Of a stretch of 64,000 nucleotides of DNA, positions 8,162-18,045 are shown piece by piece. Below the pieces are notes generated by a model. The model did not search any database and was not told the DNA's origin. It saw only the letters and a list, made by a program, of their open reading frames with translations. Source of the DNA: Candidatus Krumholzibacteriota bacterium. GTDB lineage: Bacteria > Krumholzibacteriota > Krumholzibacteriia > JAJRXK01. The first letter of the stretch is position 1. Each line of letters opens with the position of its first letter. Both the position numbers and the translations under genes were made by a program. Location of the stretch: positions 32,001 through 96,000 of the forward strand of contig CAWDWO010000007.1 in assembly GCA_963806035.1 (NCBI GenBank), given 5' to 3'.

Positions 8162-8526
8162 TGGGAAGCTCCACTTTCGTCGAAGCGCGTGAGGGGTGCA
8201 TCACCCCAGAGCCTCTCCAGAGCGTAGTAGCTGCGGGCCCGGGGCTGCATCACGTGCGCAACCACGTCGAAGAAATCGATGAGTACCCAGCTTCCCACGT
8301 CTTTCCCTTCCACGTGGAGAGGTTTCTCGCCGCGAGTCTGCGCTCCGTCCAGGATCGCGTTGGCGATCGTCTGTACCTGGAGTTGGCTACCGCCGCTGAG
8401 AAGCACGAAATAATCGGTGACGTCGCTCAGCTCGCTGACGTCGAGGAGAACCACGTCCTCCGCCTTCTTCGAAAGACCCCACTCCACGATGGCGCGAGCC
8501 AGCTCATGGCTTTGCTCTTTGCTCAT
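8158..8526 (-). CDS. rsfS: Ribosome silencing factor
   Basis: KKAEDV, DYFV, WVLIDFFDVVAH, YYALERLWGD. Confidence 0.95.
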   Translation of the reverse strand: MSKEQSHELARAIVEWGLSKKAEDVVLLDVSELSDVTDYFVLLSGGSQLQVQTIANAILDGAQTRGEKPLHVEGKDVGSWVLIDFFDVVAHVMQPRARSYYALERLWGDAPLTRFDESGASQ

Positions 8527-8562
8527 AGTCTCGTCCGCAAAAGATTCCAAGGAAAATGACGC

Positions 8563-9561
8563 TCAGTTGAGGCGGCGAAGCACATAGTCCACCGCGTCGT
8601 TGAGGATCGCGGTCTGGGGATGTGGGCCGAGCGCATGGAGGCTCTCCTTCGCGCGTTCTCCGTAGTGTGCAGCCATCTTGGAGGCATATTCCAATCCGCC
8701 ATTCTGATGCACCATCTCACGGACCTCGGCCCACAGACGAGGCTCGTCCGGACCGGCCACCATCGCCTTGCGCAACCGCGCTTTCAGTGGTGCTGACGCA
8801 TTGCGCCAGGCCGCGATGAACGGAAGTGTGATGCGTCCCTCGCGCCAATCCCCGCCTACCGGTTTCCCGAGCCGCTTGGGGTCGCCGCGATAGTCAAAAA
8901 TGTCATCGGTGATCTGAAAGGCCATTCCCAGGTTTTGCCCGAATGCAGAAAGGGCGGGCCGATGGTGTTGCAACCCGGGATGGAACAACGAGCCGATTTC
9001 GCAGGAGGCCGCGATCAAACAGGCGGTCTTCTCGGAAATGATGGTGAAGTAGTCCTCTTCCGGCAGGTCGAGGCAGCTGCGGCTCTCCAGCTGCATCATC
9101 TCTGCCACGCTCATGCGATGCGTGGTGGCCGCGATGATGCGCATCGCGTCCTCCATGCCGCGCGCAGTGAGCAGGGAGAAGACCTTGGTATAGAGGAAGT
9201 CTCCCATGATGAGCGCGGCCGCGGGACCCCATTTCACGTTGACGGTGGGAAGTCGGCGCCGCGTGGCCGCGTCGTCGATGAAATCGTCGTGAACCAGGGT
9301 AGCGGTGTGAACCAACTCGACGCAGGCCGCCGCGAATGCGGCGTCCGGATGCATTTCGCTGCCGTTCTTGGAGGCAATGAGCACCAGCGTCGGGCGAAAG
9401 CGCTTGGACTTTCCCTGCTTCAGGTGCTCGCAGATCTGCCCCAAAAGCTCCAGTTCGCCGTTGAGCAGGGTCTCATACTCGTGCTCGAAGGAAATCAACT
9501 CCTCGGCCACAAAGGACTGAAGCGACTGGAGTTTGACGCGGTCCTCGCCGGCCAGAGGCAC
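8563..9561 (-). CDS. ispB: Long-chain polyprenyl diphosphate synthase
   Basis: KRFRP, HTATLVHDDFID, RR, KTA, FQITDDIFD, GGD..EG.ITLP. Confidence 0.9.
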   Translation of the reverse strand: MPLAGEDRVKLQSLQSFVAEELISFEHEYETLLNGELELLGQICEHLKQGKSKRFRPTLVLIASKNGSEMHPDAAFAAACVELVHTATLVHDDFIDDAATRRRLPTVNVKWGPAAALIMGDFLYTKVFSLLTARGMEDAMRIIAATTHRMSVAEMMQLESRSCLDLPEEDYFTIISEKTACLIAASCEIGSLFHPGLQHHRPALSAFGQNLGMAFQITDDIFDYRGDPKRLGKPVGGDWREGRITLPFIAAWRNASAPLKARLRKAMVAGPDEPRLWAEVREMVHQNGGLEYASKMAAHYGERAKESLHALGPHPQTAILNDAVDYVLRRLN

Positions 9562-9630
9562 TGTGATCCTGCCTTCAATGGAGATGCGACCTTCGAGCGA
9601 GCCCCGAAGGGATCACGCAAGAGCCTTACA

Positions 9631-9659
9631 GGTATACAATTGTCGCTGCTAGCTGTCAA
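9631..9659 (-). promoter_or_regulatory. Sigma70 promoter candidate for ispB-rsfS-argS-pfkB
   Basis: TTGACA (9659-9654), 17 bp, TATACC (9636-9631); overlaps the tatC end. Confidence 0.5.
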
Positions 9660-10407
9660 TGTCGTCCGGTTTGCGGTCTTTTCGCCTCCGCATGATCAGG
9701 GCGATGACGACACTGGTCATGTACAGCACCATGACCGGTCCAGCCAGCATGATCTGACTGATGATGTCCGGCGGGGTCAAAATGGCTGAAACGGTCAGAA
9801 TGGCGATGAGGGCGTAGCGCCAGCCCCTGAGCAGCATCTGGGGGTGCACCACTCCGGCCCAGGAGAGAGCCAGAACCACCATGGGCAGCTCGAAGAGCAG
9901 GCCGAAGGCCAGACAGAGCCTCACCGCCAGCTCGAAGTATTCCCGCGCGGTGAGGAGAGGTCGGAGCTGTTCGGTTGCGAATCCGATCGCGAAACGGATC
10001 ACCAGGGGCAAGAGAATGAAAAAGCAAAAGGCGACCCCCACGTAGAATAATCCGGTGGCCGCCACCAGCAGTGGCGTCACCACTCTCTTCTCGCGGGGAC
10101 GCAGGCCTGGCGTGACGAAGCTGTAGAGCTTGAGGAGGATCAGGGGCAGCACCAAGAAGAGACCAACCGCGGTCGAGGCCTTCAACTTGAGCAGGAAAGC
10201 CTCCATCGGTGCGGTGAAGTAGAGACTCTCCTGCCCCGCCTTGCGAGCCGGACCAAGCAATCCGTCGACGATCTGATCGCTGAAGAACCAGGCCACCACC
10301 GTGGCAAGTACCGCGAGCGCCAACGCCCAGAGGATGGTTTTCCTCAGTTCCGCGATATGCTCGATCATCGTCATTTCGCCGCGTGACTTGCCGGCTCCAT
10401 GACTCAT
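9649..10407 (-). CDS. tatC: Twin-arginine translocase subunit TatC
   Basis: EHIAELR, PMEAF, FVTPGLRPREK, FELP, AILTPPD. Confidence 0.95.
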   Translation of the reverse strand: MSHGAGKSRGEMTMIEHIAELRKTILWALALAVLATVVAWFFSDQIVDGLLGPARKAGQESLYFTAPMEAFLLKLKASTAVGLFLVLPLILLKLYSFVTPGLRPREKRVVTPLLVAATGLFYVGVAFCFFILLPLVIRFAIGFATEQLRPLLTAREYFELAVRLCLAFGLLFELPMVVLALSWAGVVHPQMLLRGWRYALIAILTVSAILTPPDIISQIMLAGPVMVLYMTSVVIALIMRRRKDRKPDDIDS

Positions 10408-10411
10408 GGCA

Positions 10412-10891
10412 TCACGTACCTTTCGCGGTGCGTCCCGCATCGCGTTTCAGGAGGGATCGAAGCTCGTCCATGAATTGGCTGGCGTTCTGAAAACTGCGAT
10501 ACACCGATGCGAAGCGCAGATAGGCCACCTCGTCGAGCTGCTCGAGCTCCTCCATCACCGCCCTTCCAATCTCTTCGCTGGGAATTTCCTCGCGCGCGGG
10601 AGCAAAAACGGTGGCTTCGACCCGATCGGCCAGGGCATCCATCTCTTCGCGCGTGACCGGTCGCTTGTGACAGGCCTGGATGACGCCCGCCAGCAAGCGG
10701 TCGCGATCATAGTTCTGGTGCCGGCCGTCTTTCTTCACGACCAGTGCCGAGGTGCGTTCCACGTATTCATAGGTGGTATAGCGATGCGAACAACTCACGC
10801 ATTCGCGGCGCCGGCGGATCGCCGCGCCTTCTTTCGTGGAACGTGAGTCGACAACCCGATCTTCGAGATTACCGCAGTTGGGGCAACGCAT
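10412..10891 (-). CDS. nrdR: Transcriptional repressor NrdR
   Basis: MRCPNC, VVDSR, IRRRREC, ATP-cone, DEVAYLRFASVYR. Confidence 0.97.
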   Translation of the reverse strand: MRCPNCGNLEDRVVDSRSTKEGAAIRRRRECVSCSHRYTTYEYVERTSALVVKKDGRHQNYDRDRLLAGVIQACHKRPVTREEMDALADRVEATVFAPAREEIPSEEIGRAVMEELEQLDEVAYLRFASVYRSFQNASQFMDELRSLLKRDAGRTAKGT

Positions 10892-10908
10892 GCGGCGGAA
10901 CCTCCCTC

Positions 10909-12156
10909 TCAGGCCAATTCCGGATACAGGGGATGCGCGTCAGCGAGACTTCGGCTGCGCTGGCGAAGCTCGGGTAGCTCTGGACTCTCGAGCCCAACGC
11001 TCAGCGCGCGGCCGATGATCTGCGCGATTTCATCCATTTCGGCTTCCTTCATTCCACGCGTCGTCAGAGCGGGAGTCCCGATGCGGATCCCACTCGTGAC
11101 GAATGGAGATTCAGGATCGAAGGGAATCGTGTTCTTGTTCACCGTGATGCCGACCTTCTCGAGTATTTCCTCGGCCGCCTTGCCGGTGAGCTTCTTCCCC
11201 CTTACGTCCACCAGCAGCAGATGCGTATCCGTTCCACCGCTCACCAAGCGCAAACCGTGCTCGGTGAGGCGCTCTCCCAGCCGCTTGGCGTTGGCGAGGG
11301 TCTGCTTCTGATCGACGTGGAATGGCTCCCGCATCGCCTCCAGGAAGCAGACCGCCTTGGCCGCGATGATGTGCATGAAGGGCCCGCCCTGGGTCCCGGG
11401 GAAGTTGATCTTGTTCACCGCTTTGGAACTCTCGGGATCCATGGTGAGAATCAAGCCTCCACGAGGACCGCGCAGAGTCTTGTGCGTGGTGGAAGTCACC
11501 ACGGTCGCATGCGGCATGGGATCGGGATGCAGCTTTGCCGCGACCAGACCGGCGAAGTGCGCCATGTCCACCAGGAGCGGAATCTCGAGCTCGCGCGAAA
11601 TCTGGCCCAACTTCTTGAAATCCCATGCGCGCGGATAAGCGCTGCTGCCGGTAACCAGCAGGGCGGGGCGCAGTTCCTTGCACTGCTTCTTCAGAGCATC
11701 GTAGTCGATCCTCTCGCTCTCGCGATCCACCTCGTAGTGGTGAGCCTCGAAGAGCATGCCGCTGAAGTTGACGTTGTGGCCGTGGGTGAGGTGACCCCCG
11801 TGGCTCAAACTGAGTCCCAACACTCTCGAGCCTGGCTTCACGAAGGCGAGATACGCCGTGAGATTCGCGGAGGAACCGGAGTGGGGTTGCACGTTGGCGT
11901 AGGCCGCTCCGAAGAGTTCTTTCGCCCGATCGCGCGCGAGCCGCTCGGCCTCGTCGACGAATTCGCAGCCTCCGTAGTAACGGCGCCCGGGATAACCCTC
12001 CGCGTACTTGTTCGTGAGGACACTGCCCATTGCCTCCATCACCGCCAAACTGGTGAAGTTCTCGCTCGCGATCATCTCCAACTGCCCGCGTTGGCGGTTC
12101 AGTTCGTTGGTCACTACCTCGGCAATGGCGGGATCAACCGACTTCAGGATGTTCAT
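10909..12156 (-). CDS. glyA: Serine hydroxymethyltransferase
   Basis: [40 protein letters not shown]. Confidence 0.98.
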   Translation of the reverse strand: MNILKSVDPAIAEVVTNELNRQRGQLEMIASENFTSLAVMEAMGSVLTNKYAEGYPGRRYYGGCEFVDEAERLARDRAKELFGAAYANVQPHSGSSANLTAYLAFVKPGSRVLGLSLSHGGHLTHGHNVNFSGMLFEAHHYEVDRESERIDYDALKKQCKELRPALLVTGSSAYPRAWDFKKLGQISRELEIPLLVDMAHFAGLVAAKLHPDPMPHATVVTSTTHKTLRGPRGGLILTMDPESSKAVNKINFPGTQGGPFMHIIAAKAVCFLEAMREPFHVDQKQTLANAKRLGERLTEHGLRLVSGGTDTHLLLVDVRGKKLTGKAAEEILEKVGITVNKNTIPFDPESPFVTSGIRIGTPALTTRGMKEAEMDEIAQIIGRALSVGLESPELPELRQRSRSLADAHPLYPELA

Positions 12157-12628
12157 GATCTTCCCTCTCGCTCAAGTCGTCCAAGAGTCGCGGAAGCGCG
12201 GCTTGCAAATGCTCCTCGATGGCAGCCCAGGTCTCGCGGTAGCGCGCCGGATCACCACCGTAGGGATCGATGAGATCCCCTCTCTCCGTGAGACCGGAAA
12301 ATTCGGAGAGAGAGTATACCTTTCCTCGGGCCGAAGGATAGGCACGGAGGATGGCGTCCCGGTGGCTTTTGGTCATGGTCAAAATCAGATCGCTTTGCCC
12401 TACGAGTTCGAGATTCAAGGGACGCGTGCGGTGGCCGCTCAGGTCCGCCCCATGCTCGCGCGCCACCAGCACCGCATTGGCCGATGCGGGCTGGCCCGGC
12501 GGGGCCTGCAGACCGGCAGAGGAAACCGTGGGTGGGTTTTGGACCTGGGCAAAGAGACTTCGCGCCAGGGCTGCGGCCATGGGGCTGCGGCAGCTATTGC
12601 CGGTACACACGAAGAGAATAGAACTCAT
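12134..12628 (-). CDS. Low-molecular-weight protein (Arg/Tyr) phosphatase, YwlE-like
   Basis: [14 protein letters not shown]-loop, DLILTM, DPYGG; lies between tsaC and glyA. Confidence 0.88.
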   Translation of the reverse strand: MSSILFVCTGNSCRSPMAAALARSLFAQVQNPPTVSSAGLQAPPGQPASANAVLVAREHGADLSGHRTRPLNLELVGQSDLILTMTKSHRDAILRAYPSARGKVYSLSEFSGLTERGDLIDPYGGDPARYRETWAAIEEHLQAALPRLLDDLSEREDHEHPEVG

Positions 12629-12661
12629 AGTAAAATCGTAAGTTGTGAGAATTTCCGCTGA

Positions 12662-12690
12662 AGGCTATTCGTCCCCTGTGGCAAAGTCAA
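12662..12690 (-). promoter_or_regulatory. Sigma70 promoter candidate
   Basis: TTGACT, 17 bp, TAGCCT upstream of the LMW phosphatase gene. Confidence 0.4.
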
Positions 12691-13250
12691 GCCGGTGGAG
12701 GCCAGGCCAGGTAACCGCTTCTGAGGAGCTCGGGGTGCTCCCCGCGCAAGTCCACCAGGGTCGAAGCCACGCCGGGGGAGACCTCCCCCAAGGCGAAAGA
12801 GGCGAGCTGCGGGAAGCGCCTCTGAGCCTCCTCGAGGCTCTCGGCGGGGGCTTCTCCCGCCCGATTGGCGCTGGTGGAGAAGAGCGGCGCATCGAGCTCT
12901 TCCAAGAGAGCGCGCAGGGGGGCGCAGGCGGGAACCCGCGCCGCGATGCTCCCCCCCTCGGCGATCCACTGCGGCGGAGCGCTTTCCTTCGGTGAGAGCA
13001 GCACGGTCAGAGCTCCGGGCCAGGTGCGGCGGAGCAGATCGAGGAATTCTTCCTTCGGCCGCGCCGCATGACGAAGCACCGCTTCGAGCGAGGGAAAGAG
13101 CAGCAGGAAGGGCCGGCGGTCCACCGAGCCCTTCAGCTCGCGGAGCGACTGCGCCGCGCCGGGCAGAGTGGCCAGGGCGTGCAGACCAGGGAGAGTGTCG
13201 GTGTCCAGAAGAACGACCTTGCCCGCGCGGAGTGTCTCCGCCGCGTTCAA
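12687..13250 (-). CDS. tsaC: Threonylcarbamoyl-AMP synthase (YrdC/TsaC family, divergent)
   Basis: WPGALT, RVP, STSAN, ASTLVDL. TTG start overlaps the purE stop (TTGA); the longer ORF-track start lies inside purE. Confidence 0.85.
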   Translation of the reverse strand: MNAAETLRAGKVVLLDTDTLPGLHALATLPGAAQSLRELKGSVDRRPFLLLFPSLEAVLRHAARPKEEFLDLLRRTWPGALTVLLSPKESAPPQWIAEGGSIAARVPACAPLRALLEELDAPLFSTSANRAGEAPAESLEEAQRRFPQLASFALGEVSPGVASTLVDLRGEHPELLRSGYLAWPPPA

Positions 13251-13726
13251 CGTTTGCCCTCGGCCATTTCTCGGCGCAGTTCTTCGACCTTGCCCGAAAT
13301 CTCGGGGCTGGACATGGCCAGAATCCGCGCGGCGAGATGGGCGGCGTTCTTGGCGCCGGCCTTCCCCACCGCCAGACTCGCCACGGGCACTCCGGCCGGC
13401 ATCTGCGCGATCGAGAGCAGCGCATCCACTCCGTCCAACACTCCACCGGGCAAAGGAACGCCGAGCACCGGCTTCGCGCTGAGCGATGCGACCACGCCGG
13501 GCAGATGAGCCGCCATGCCTGCCATCGCGATGAAGAGAGCGCATCCCTTGCCCTCCATCTCGTTCACCCACACGCGCAAGCTCTCGGCTTGCCGGTGGGC
13601 GCTGATGACGCGGTCTTCGTAGCGAATTTGGTAGCGGTCGAGGACGGCGATACAGGCCTTCACCATCTCGGCGTCACTGGGACTCCCCGAGACGATCCCG
13701 ACCAGCGGTGGCGTATTGGAAGTCAT
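13247..13726 (-). CDS. purE: N5-carboxyaminoimidazole ribonucleotide mutase
   Basis: GSPSD, SAHR, AGMAAHLPG, QMPAGVPVA, NAA. Confidence 0.96.
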   Translation of the reverse strand: MTSNTPPLVGIVSGSPSDAEMVKACIAVLDRYQIRYEDRVISAHRQAESLRVWVNEMEGKGCALFIAMAGMAAHLPGVVASLSAKPVLGVPLPGGVLDGVDALLSIAQMPAGVPVASLAVGKAGAKNAAHLAARILAMSSPEISGKVEELRREMAEGKR

Positions 13727-14988
13727 TCTGCTGCCTCCCCGGCTGCGATATCCGTGCGCATTTGAACTCCTTCGAACTGAAGACTCTCAGCCAGCTTCAA
13801 TGCCCTCGTCTTGGCGGCCGGCACGCTTTGGGAGCGAGCCACCGCACAGAGCACGCGCCCTCCCTTGGTCAGCCAACGGCCCTCATCGCGCCGGGTTCCG
13901 GCGTGGAAGACCAGCGAATCGTCCGCCAGAGTGTCCAGGCCCGGAATGACTCGCCCGAGGCGCGGCTTTTCAGGGTAGCCCTCCGAGGCCAGGACCACAC
14001 CCACCGCTGCTCCCTGCAGCGGCAGAGGGCCCTCCGCCGGGAGTTTTCCCACGGCGGCGCCATGCAGGAGGGGATAGAGATCCCCCGGGAACGCGGGGAG
14101 CACGACCTGGGTTTCCGGATCTCCAAAGCGGCAATTGTACTCGAGTAACTTCGGTCCGTCTCGGGTGAGAATCAGTCCCAAGTAGAGCAGGCCGCGGTAG
14201 TCGAGTTCCCGGCGCCGCAATTCTCGCAGAGTGGGTGTCAAAATCTCGTCGACGACGCGCCGCATCAGCCCCTCGTCGGCATCCGCCACCGGGGTGTAAG
14301 CCCCCATGCCGCCGGTGTTGGGGCCCCGGTCGCCTTCACGCAGGCGCTTGTGGTCGCGACTGGGAGCGAACCACGCCGCGCGTGTCCCGTCCAAGAGCGC
14401 GAAGACGGAGAGTTCGGGCCCGAAGAGTCTCTCCTCGAGCAGCACGACCTGCCCCGCTGCACCGAACGCGCCCTCGAGGAGGATGGCGCGCAGGGCCGCT
14501 TCGGCCTGAGTGGCATCGTCGCAGACGATGACCCCCTTGCCCGCGGCGAGGCCGCTCGCTTTCACCACGCAGGGCCCTGGATTGCGCCGAAGCCATTGAA
14601 GAGCGGAGGGCAGTTCCGTGAAGCTCGTCGAATTTGCGCAGGGAATTCCCGCCGCGCGCATGAATTCCTTGGCGTAGGACTTGTCGCCTTCCAGACGGGC
14701 GGCTCGAGCCGAGGGACCGAAGACCGCCACTCCGCTCTCTCGTAGACGATCCGCGAGGCCATCGACCAGAGGTTGCTCCGGCCCGATGACCACCAGATCG
14801 ACCTCATGCCGCAGCGCGGCGCGCAGCCAGCCTTCCGTCTCGCTGCCTTCCACCAAACGCGCGCAGGCGCCCATGGCATCGCTGCCGGGCGCCGCGAGGA
14901 TCTCCTGGACTTTCTCCGATTGTGCCAGCTTCCACGCGAGCGCATGCTCGCGCCCACCGCTGCCGATGATCAGGACCCTGCCCGCCAT
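13723..14988 (-). CDS. purD: Phosphoribosylamine-glycine ligase
   Basis: GSGGREHA, GLAAGKGV, DHKR, GPNTGGMG, EYNCRFGDPETQ, GGRV. Confidence 0.97.
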   Translation of the reverse strand: MAGRVLIIGSGGREHALAWKLAQSEKVQEILAAPGSDAMGACARLVEGSETEGWLRAALRHEVDLVVIGPEQPLVDGLADRLRESGVAVFGPSARAARLEGDKSYAKEFMRAAGIPCANSTSFTELPSALQWLRRNPGPCVVKASGLAAGKGVIVCDDATQAEAALRAILLEGAFGAAGQVVLLEERLFGPELSVFALLDGTRAAWFAPSRDHKRLREGDRGPNTGGMGAYTPVADADEGLMRRVVDEILTPTLRELRRRELDYRGLLYLGLILTRDGPKLLEYNCRFGDPETQVVLPAFPGDLYPLLHGAAVGKLPAEGPLPLQGAAVGVVLASEGYPEKPRLGRVIPGLDTLADDSLVFHAGTRRDEGRWLTKGGRVLCAVARSQSVPAAKTRALKLAESLQFEGVQMRTDIAAGEAAE

Positions 14989-15032
14989 GGTTCCTTTCGC
15001 CCCGAAAGAATCCAGCTCTGCCTCGCGAACCC

Positions 15033-16205
15033 TCAGGCCAGGGTTTCCGCGTAGGCTTTCAATCGGGAGACTCCCTCGGCCAGATTCTCGCGCGAGTTGG
15101 CGTAGCTGAATCTGAGATACCCATCGCCGAAGGAACCGAAGGAGGTTCCCGCCAATGCAGCTACACCATACTCATCGAGCAGGGTCGACGCGAACTCGCG
15201 GCACGGCACGCCCAGCTTCTTGATGTTGGGAAAGACGTAGAACGCGCCGCCCGGGGTGAGACAGCTCACGCCGGGGACCTCGTTCAGGAGGCCGACGACC
15301 AGGTCGCGGCGTTCCTTGAATTCCTTCACCATGGCCTGCGCCCCGGACTGGTCCCCGAGAAGAGCCTCCACACCAGCGAGCTGCGTGAAGGTCGAGGTGC
15401 ACGAGGTGGAGTTGGTTTGCAGACGCGCGATGCTGGGAGCCAGGCTATGGGGCATCACACCGAAGCCGAGACGCCATCCGGTCATGGCGTAGGTCTTCGA
15501 ATGCCCATCGAGCACGATGGTGCGATCCTGCATGCCCTCGATCTCGAGCATGCTGTGGTGTTTTCTGTCGTAGATGATCTTCGAGTAGATCTCGTCGCTC
15601 AGCACCCAGCAGTCGTGCTCCTTGGCGACATCGGCCACGGCCTGAAGATCTTCTGGTGACAAAACTCCTCCGCAGGGATTGCCCGGGGTGTTGATGATGA
15701 TCAGCTTGGTCTTGTCATTCGCAAGACGGCGCAGTTCCTGGGGATCGATGCTGAAACCGTTCTCTTCCCGCAGGGGCAGAGGGACCGCTTTGGCGCCGGT
15801 GAAGTGAATCATCGATTCGTAGATGGGGAAGCCGGGATTCGGATAGATGACTTCGTCACCCTCTTGGACGAGCGCGGTGAGCACGAAATAGATGATGGGC
15901 TTGGCGCCGGGTGTGATCACGATCTGATCACTGTCGACCTCGACACCACGGTCCTTGCTAAACCACTTCGCGAAGCCCTCTCTCGCCTCGGGCAAACCCG
16001 CGGAGGGGCCGTAATGGGTGGCGCCGTTCTTCAACGCCTTGACCGCGGCCTCCACGATGTTCGCGGGTGTATCGAAGTCGGGCTCCCCGATCTCCAGGTG
16101 CACGACACTCTTGCCGGCAGCTTCGAGTTTCTTGGCCCGGGCCAGGACCTCGAACGCAGTCTCGGTGCCCAGCCTCTCCATCCTAGACGCCAGTTCTTTC
16201 GCCAC
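15033..16205 (-). CDS. PLP-dependent class I aminotransferase (aspartate aminotransferase-like)
   Basis: GEPDFDTP, NPCG, SDEIY, SKTYAMTGWRLG, GAFYVFP. Confidence 0.93.
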   Translation of the reverse strand: MAKELASRMERLGTETAFEVLARAKKLEAAGKSVVHLEIGEPDFDTPANIVEAAVKALKNGATHYGPSAGLPEAREGFAKWFSKDRGVEVDSDQIVITPGAKPIIYFVLTALVQEGDEVIYPNPGFPIYESMIHFTGAKAVPLPLREENGFSIDPQELRRLANDKTKLIIINTPGNPCGGVLSPEDLQAVADVAKEHDCWVLSDEIYSKIIYDRKHHSMLEIEGMQDRTIVLDGHSKTYAMTGWRLGFGVMPHSLAPSIARLQTNSTSCTSTFTQLAGVEALLGDQSGAQAMVKEFKERRDLVVGLLNEVPGVSCLTPGGAFYVFPNIKKLGVPCREFASTLLDEYGVAALAGTSFGSFGDGYLRFSYANSRENLAEGVSRLKAYAETLA

Positions 16206-16381
16206 GACGGCTACCTCCCCACCAGGGTACGTTACTTGAGATGAGACTCAGCGAATGTAGTCCCTTGGGGGCAAAAATTCCAAGCGCCCCTGTGAAAGAA
16301 AATAAGGAAGGAGAGCAGATGCGAGCCCGGCGGAACGATTGACTCCCTTGGAGCGAGATCGCGGCCGGAACTCGGCTGCGT

Positions 16382-17971
16382 TCAGGCCAGACTGCTCAGG
16401 TAGTCCTGGATTTCGTCGTAGATCTCGCGTCGCAATCCGGACTTGTCCCTGGCCAGGCGGCGCAGTTCGACACCGCGGATGTATTTGACGTGAATGAAGC
16501 GCCGGACCAGCTTCACCGGCAGACGCACTGGCGAGCGGACGATCGCTAGGGGGACGTCCTTGTTCGCGAAGCCCGAGTGGAGTTTCTTGGTGGTGGCGAT
16601 GTACTCCAGCACCGCGGGGAGCCGGCAAGAACTCGCGATGAAGGTCACGATCCCCGGTTTGTTCACGACCTTGGGGTTCCGCAACAGGCCGAGAAGAATG
16701 CTCGTATTGTTGATGTTCGCCATGATGAGGTCCTTCACGTTCTCCCTCTCCTCCCCTTCTTCCTCTTCGGAAGTGGGAGGGAAAGGCAAGCCCAGAGGCG
16801 CGCGCACGCGTCGGGCAGCGTGAAGGTCGAAGCGTACGATCAACTCCCCGTCTGCGAATTCCAGGCCGGGGAGCTGCGCGGCCTGAAGTGTCTTCTCGAC
16901 GGTGGGCCCCACCGGTAATCTCAACCCATCCTCCTCGGCATAGCGGTAACTCAGGAGAACCGACTCCAAGGAATCGATCGGAACCGGCCGGAGGTGGTGA
17001 GTAAACAGCGCTCTCCCGATCTCCATCAGCAGCCGGGAGTAATAGATCAGCTTCTTGTTCTCCAGGGGACGTTCGTGCAGACCCTGCAGCAAGCTCAGCG
17101 TGGGCTGCAGCAGCTCCTCCGTCTCACAGAGCTCCCGGACGCGAGCGAGCTCCTCTGGCGCCAGAGTTTCCAGAAACACCGAATGCTGCTCGTTGAAGAG
17201 GCGGCAGTCCCTGCTCTCGTCCAGTGCGTCCAGAAAGTTGGAGACGTCGCGGATGGATACGTCGAGTTCGGCCAATCGCGGCATCATGGCGCCCACCGCC
17301 TTGACCGCGTAGGGATCGATTTCGCCCGCGATGGCCGCCGCTCGCTGCTGAGCTGCATGCTGCTCGAGGCGGGCCAGACGCACGAAGGCCTTCAGCTTCT
17401 GCTGTGACAGTTCCCCCTTCTCGCGGATTTCCTCGTGGAGAACGCCAAAGACCTTGCGCGGCACGCGGGCCGCGCCCAGGTCGAGAGGCGAGGGAAGCGC
17501 GAAGGGATTTTGCTCGCGCGGAACGAGATCGGCCAACTCGCGTTCGACCGCTTCGATTTCGTCCAGGAGCGCGGCCTGCTGGGGTTCGAGGGTTTGGCCC
17601 CGATCCCGGCGATGACGGTAGCGGGTACCGACGCGGTGAAGGTGACGAAATTCGAAGATGCCTTCGATGACCGAGGAGCCCTGCGCCCTCACCGCCATGA
17701 AAGCGGCCAGTCCGGCAATTCCAGAGTTCTCGTCATCGGCCGCCACTGCGAAAAGTCCCTTGAGCATCTCCTTGAGCGAGTCGCTTCCGATGCGCTTGCG
17801 CAGCGATTCGGTGAGAGCCAGAGAGCGCTTGATGAGCTCCCCCTCCCCCTCGAGCTGATGCAACCAGCGCCGCACCACTGGCCGCGGGCGGCAGCGTGCC
17901 AGCGCTTTCGTCGAGATTTCGAGCAGAGGTTCAGACGTCAGAAGGGGGCTGGCTGTCCGGGATTGACTCAT
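16382..17971 (-). CDS. Hypothetical alpha-helical protein (529 aa)
   Basis: Long ORF with GAGGA SD. Acidic linker (EEEEGEERE), then a basic helical C-terminal domain. No recognised catalytic motif. Confidence 0.8.
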   Translation of the reverse strand: MSQSRTASPLLTSEPLLEISTKALARCRPRPVVRRWLHQLEGEGELIKRSLALTESLRKRIGSDSLKEMLKGLFAVAADDENSGIAGLAAFMAVRAQGSSVIEGIFEFRHLHRVGTRYRHRRDRGQTLEPQQAALLDEIEAVERELADLVPREQNPFALPSPLDLGAARVPRKVFGVLHEEIREKGELSQQKLKAFVRLARLEQHAAQQRAAAIAGEIDPYAVKAVGAMMPRLAELDVSIRDVSNFLDALDESRDCRLFNEQHSVFLETLAPEELARVRELCETEELLQPTLSLLQGLHERPLENKKLIYYSRLLMEIGRALFTHHLRPVPIDSLESVLLSYRYAEEDGLRLPVGPTVEKTLQAAQLPGLEFADGELIVRFDLHAARRVRAPLGLPFPPTSEEEEGEERENVKDLIMANINNTSILLGLLRNPKVVNKPGIVTFIASSCRLPAVLEYIATTKKLHSGFANKDVPLAIVRSPVRLPVKLVRRFIHVKYIRGVELRRLARDKSGLRREIYDEIQDYLSSLA

Positions 17972-18023
17972 GATTCCTCATGAAGGCTAGGAGTTCCGCG
18001 TTGAAGTGCCTCTCTGGAAAGCA

Positions 18024-18039
18024 TGCAATCCTCACACCA
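18024..18039 (-). promoter_or_regulatory. Sigma54 promoter candidate
   Basis: Minus strand TGGTGTGAGGATTGCA: GG-N10-GC with TTGCA, in the 74-nt gap before the 529-aa gene. Confidence 0.45.
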
Positions 18040-18045
18040 CCCCAC

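Noticed and set aside
12134..12628. Arsenate reductase ArsC (CTGNSCRS motif)
   Set aside because: Lacks the downstream resolving cysteine pair and any ars context; DPYGG and synteny fit a YwlE-like phosphatase.
13251..13571. N-terminal extensions in the ORF track (tsaC; also recO, phoH, glyS, PorV-TPR, the SpoIIE fusion and the 19638 ORF)
   Set aside because: They overlap upstream genes or promoters and read as non-coding composition; downstream coupled or SD-led starts fit better.
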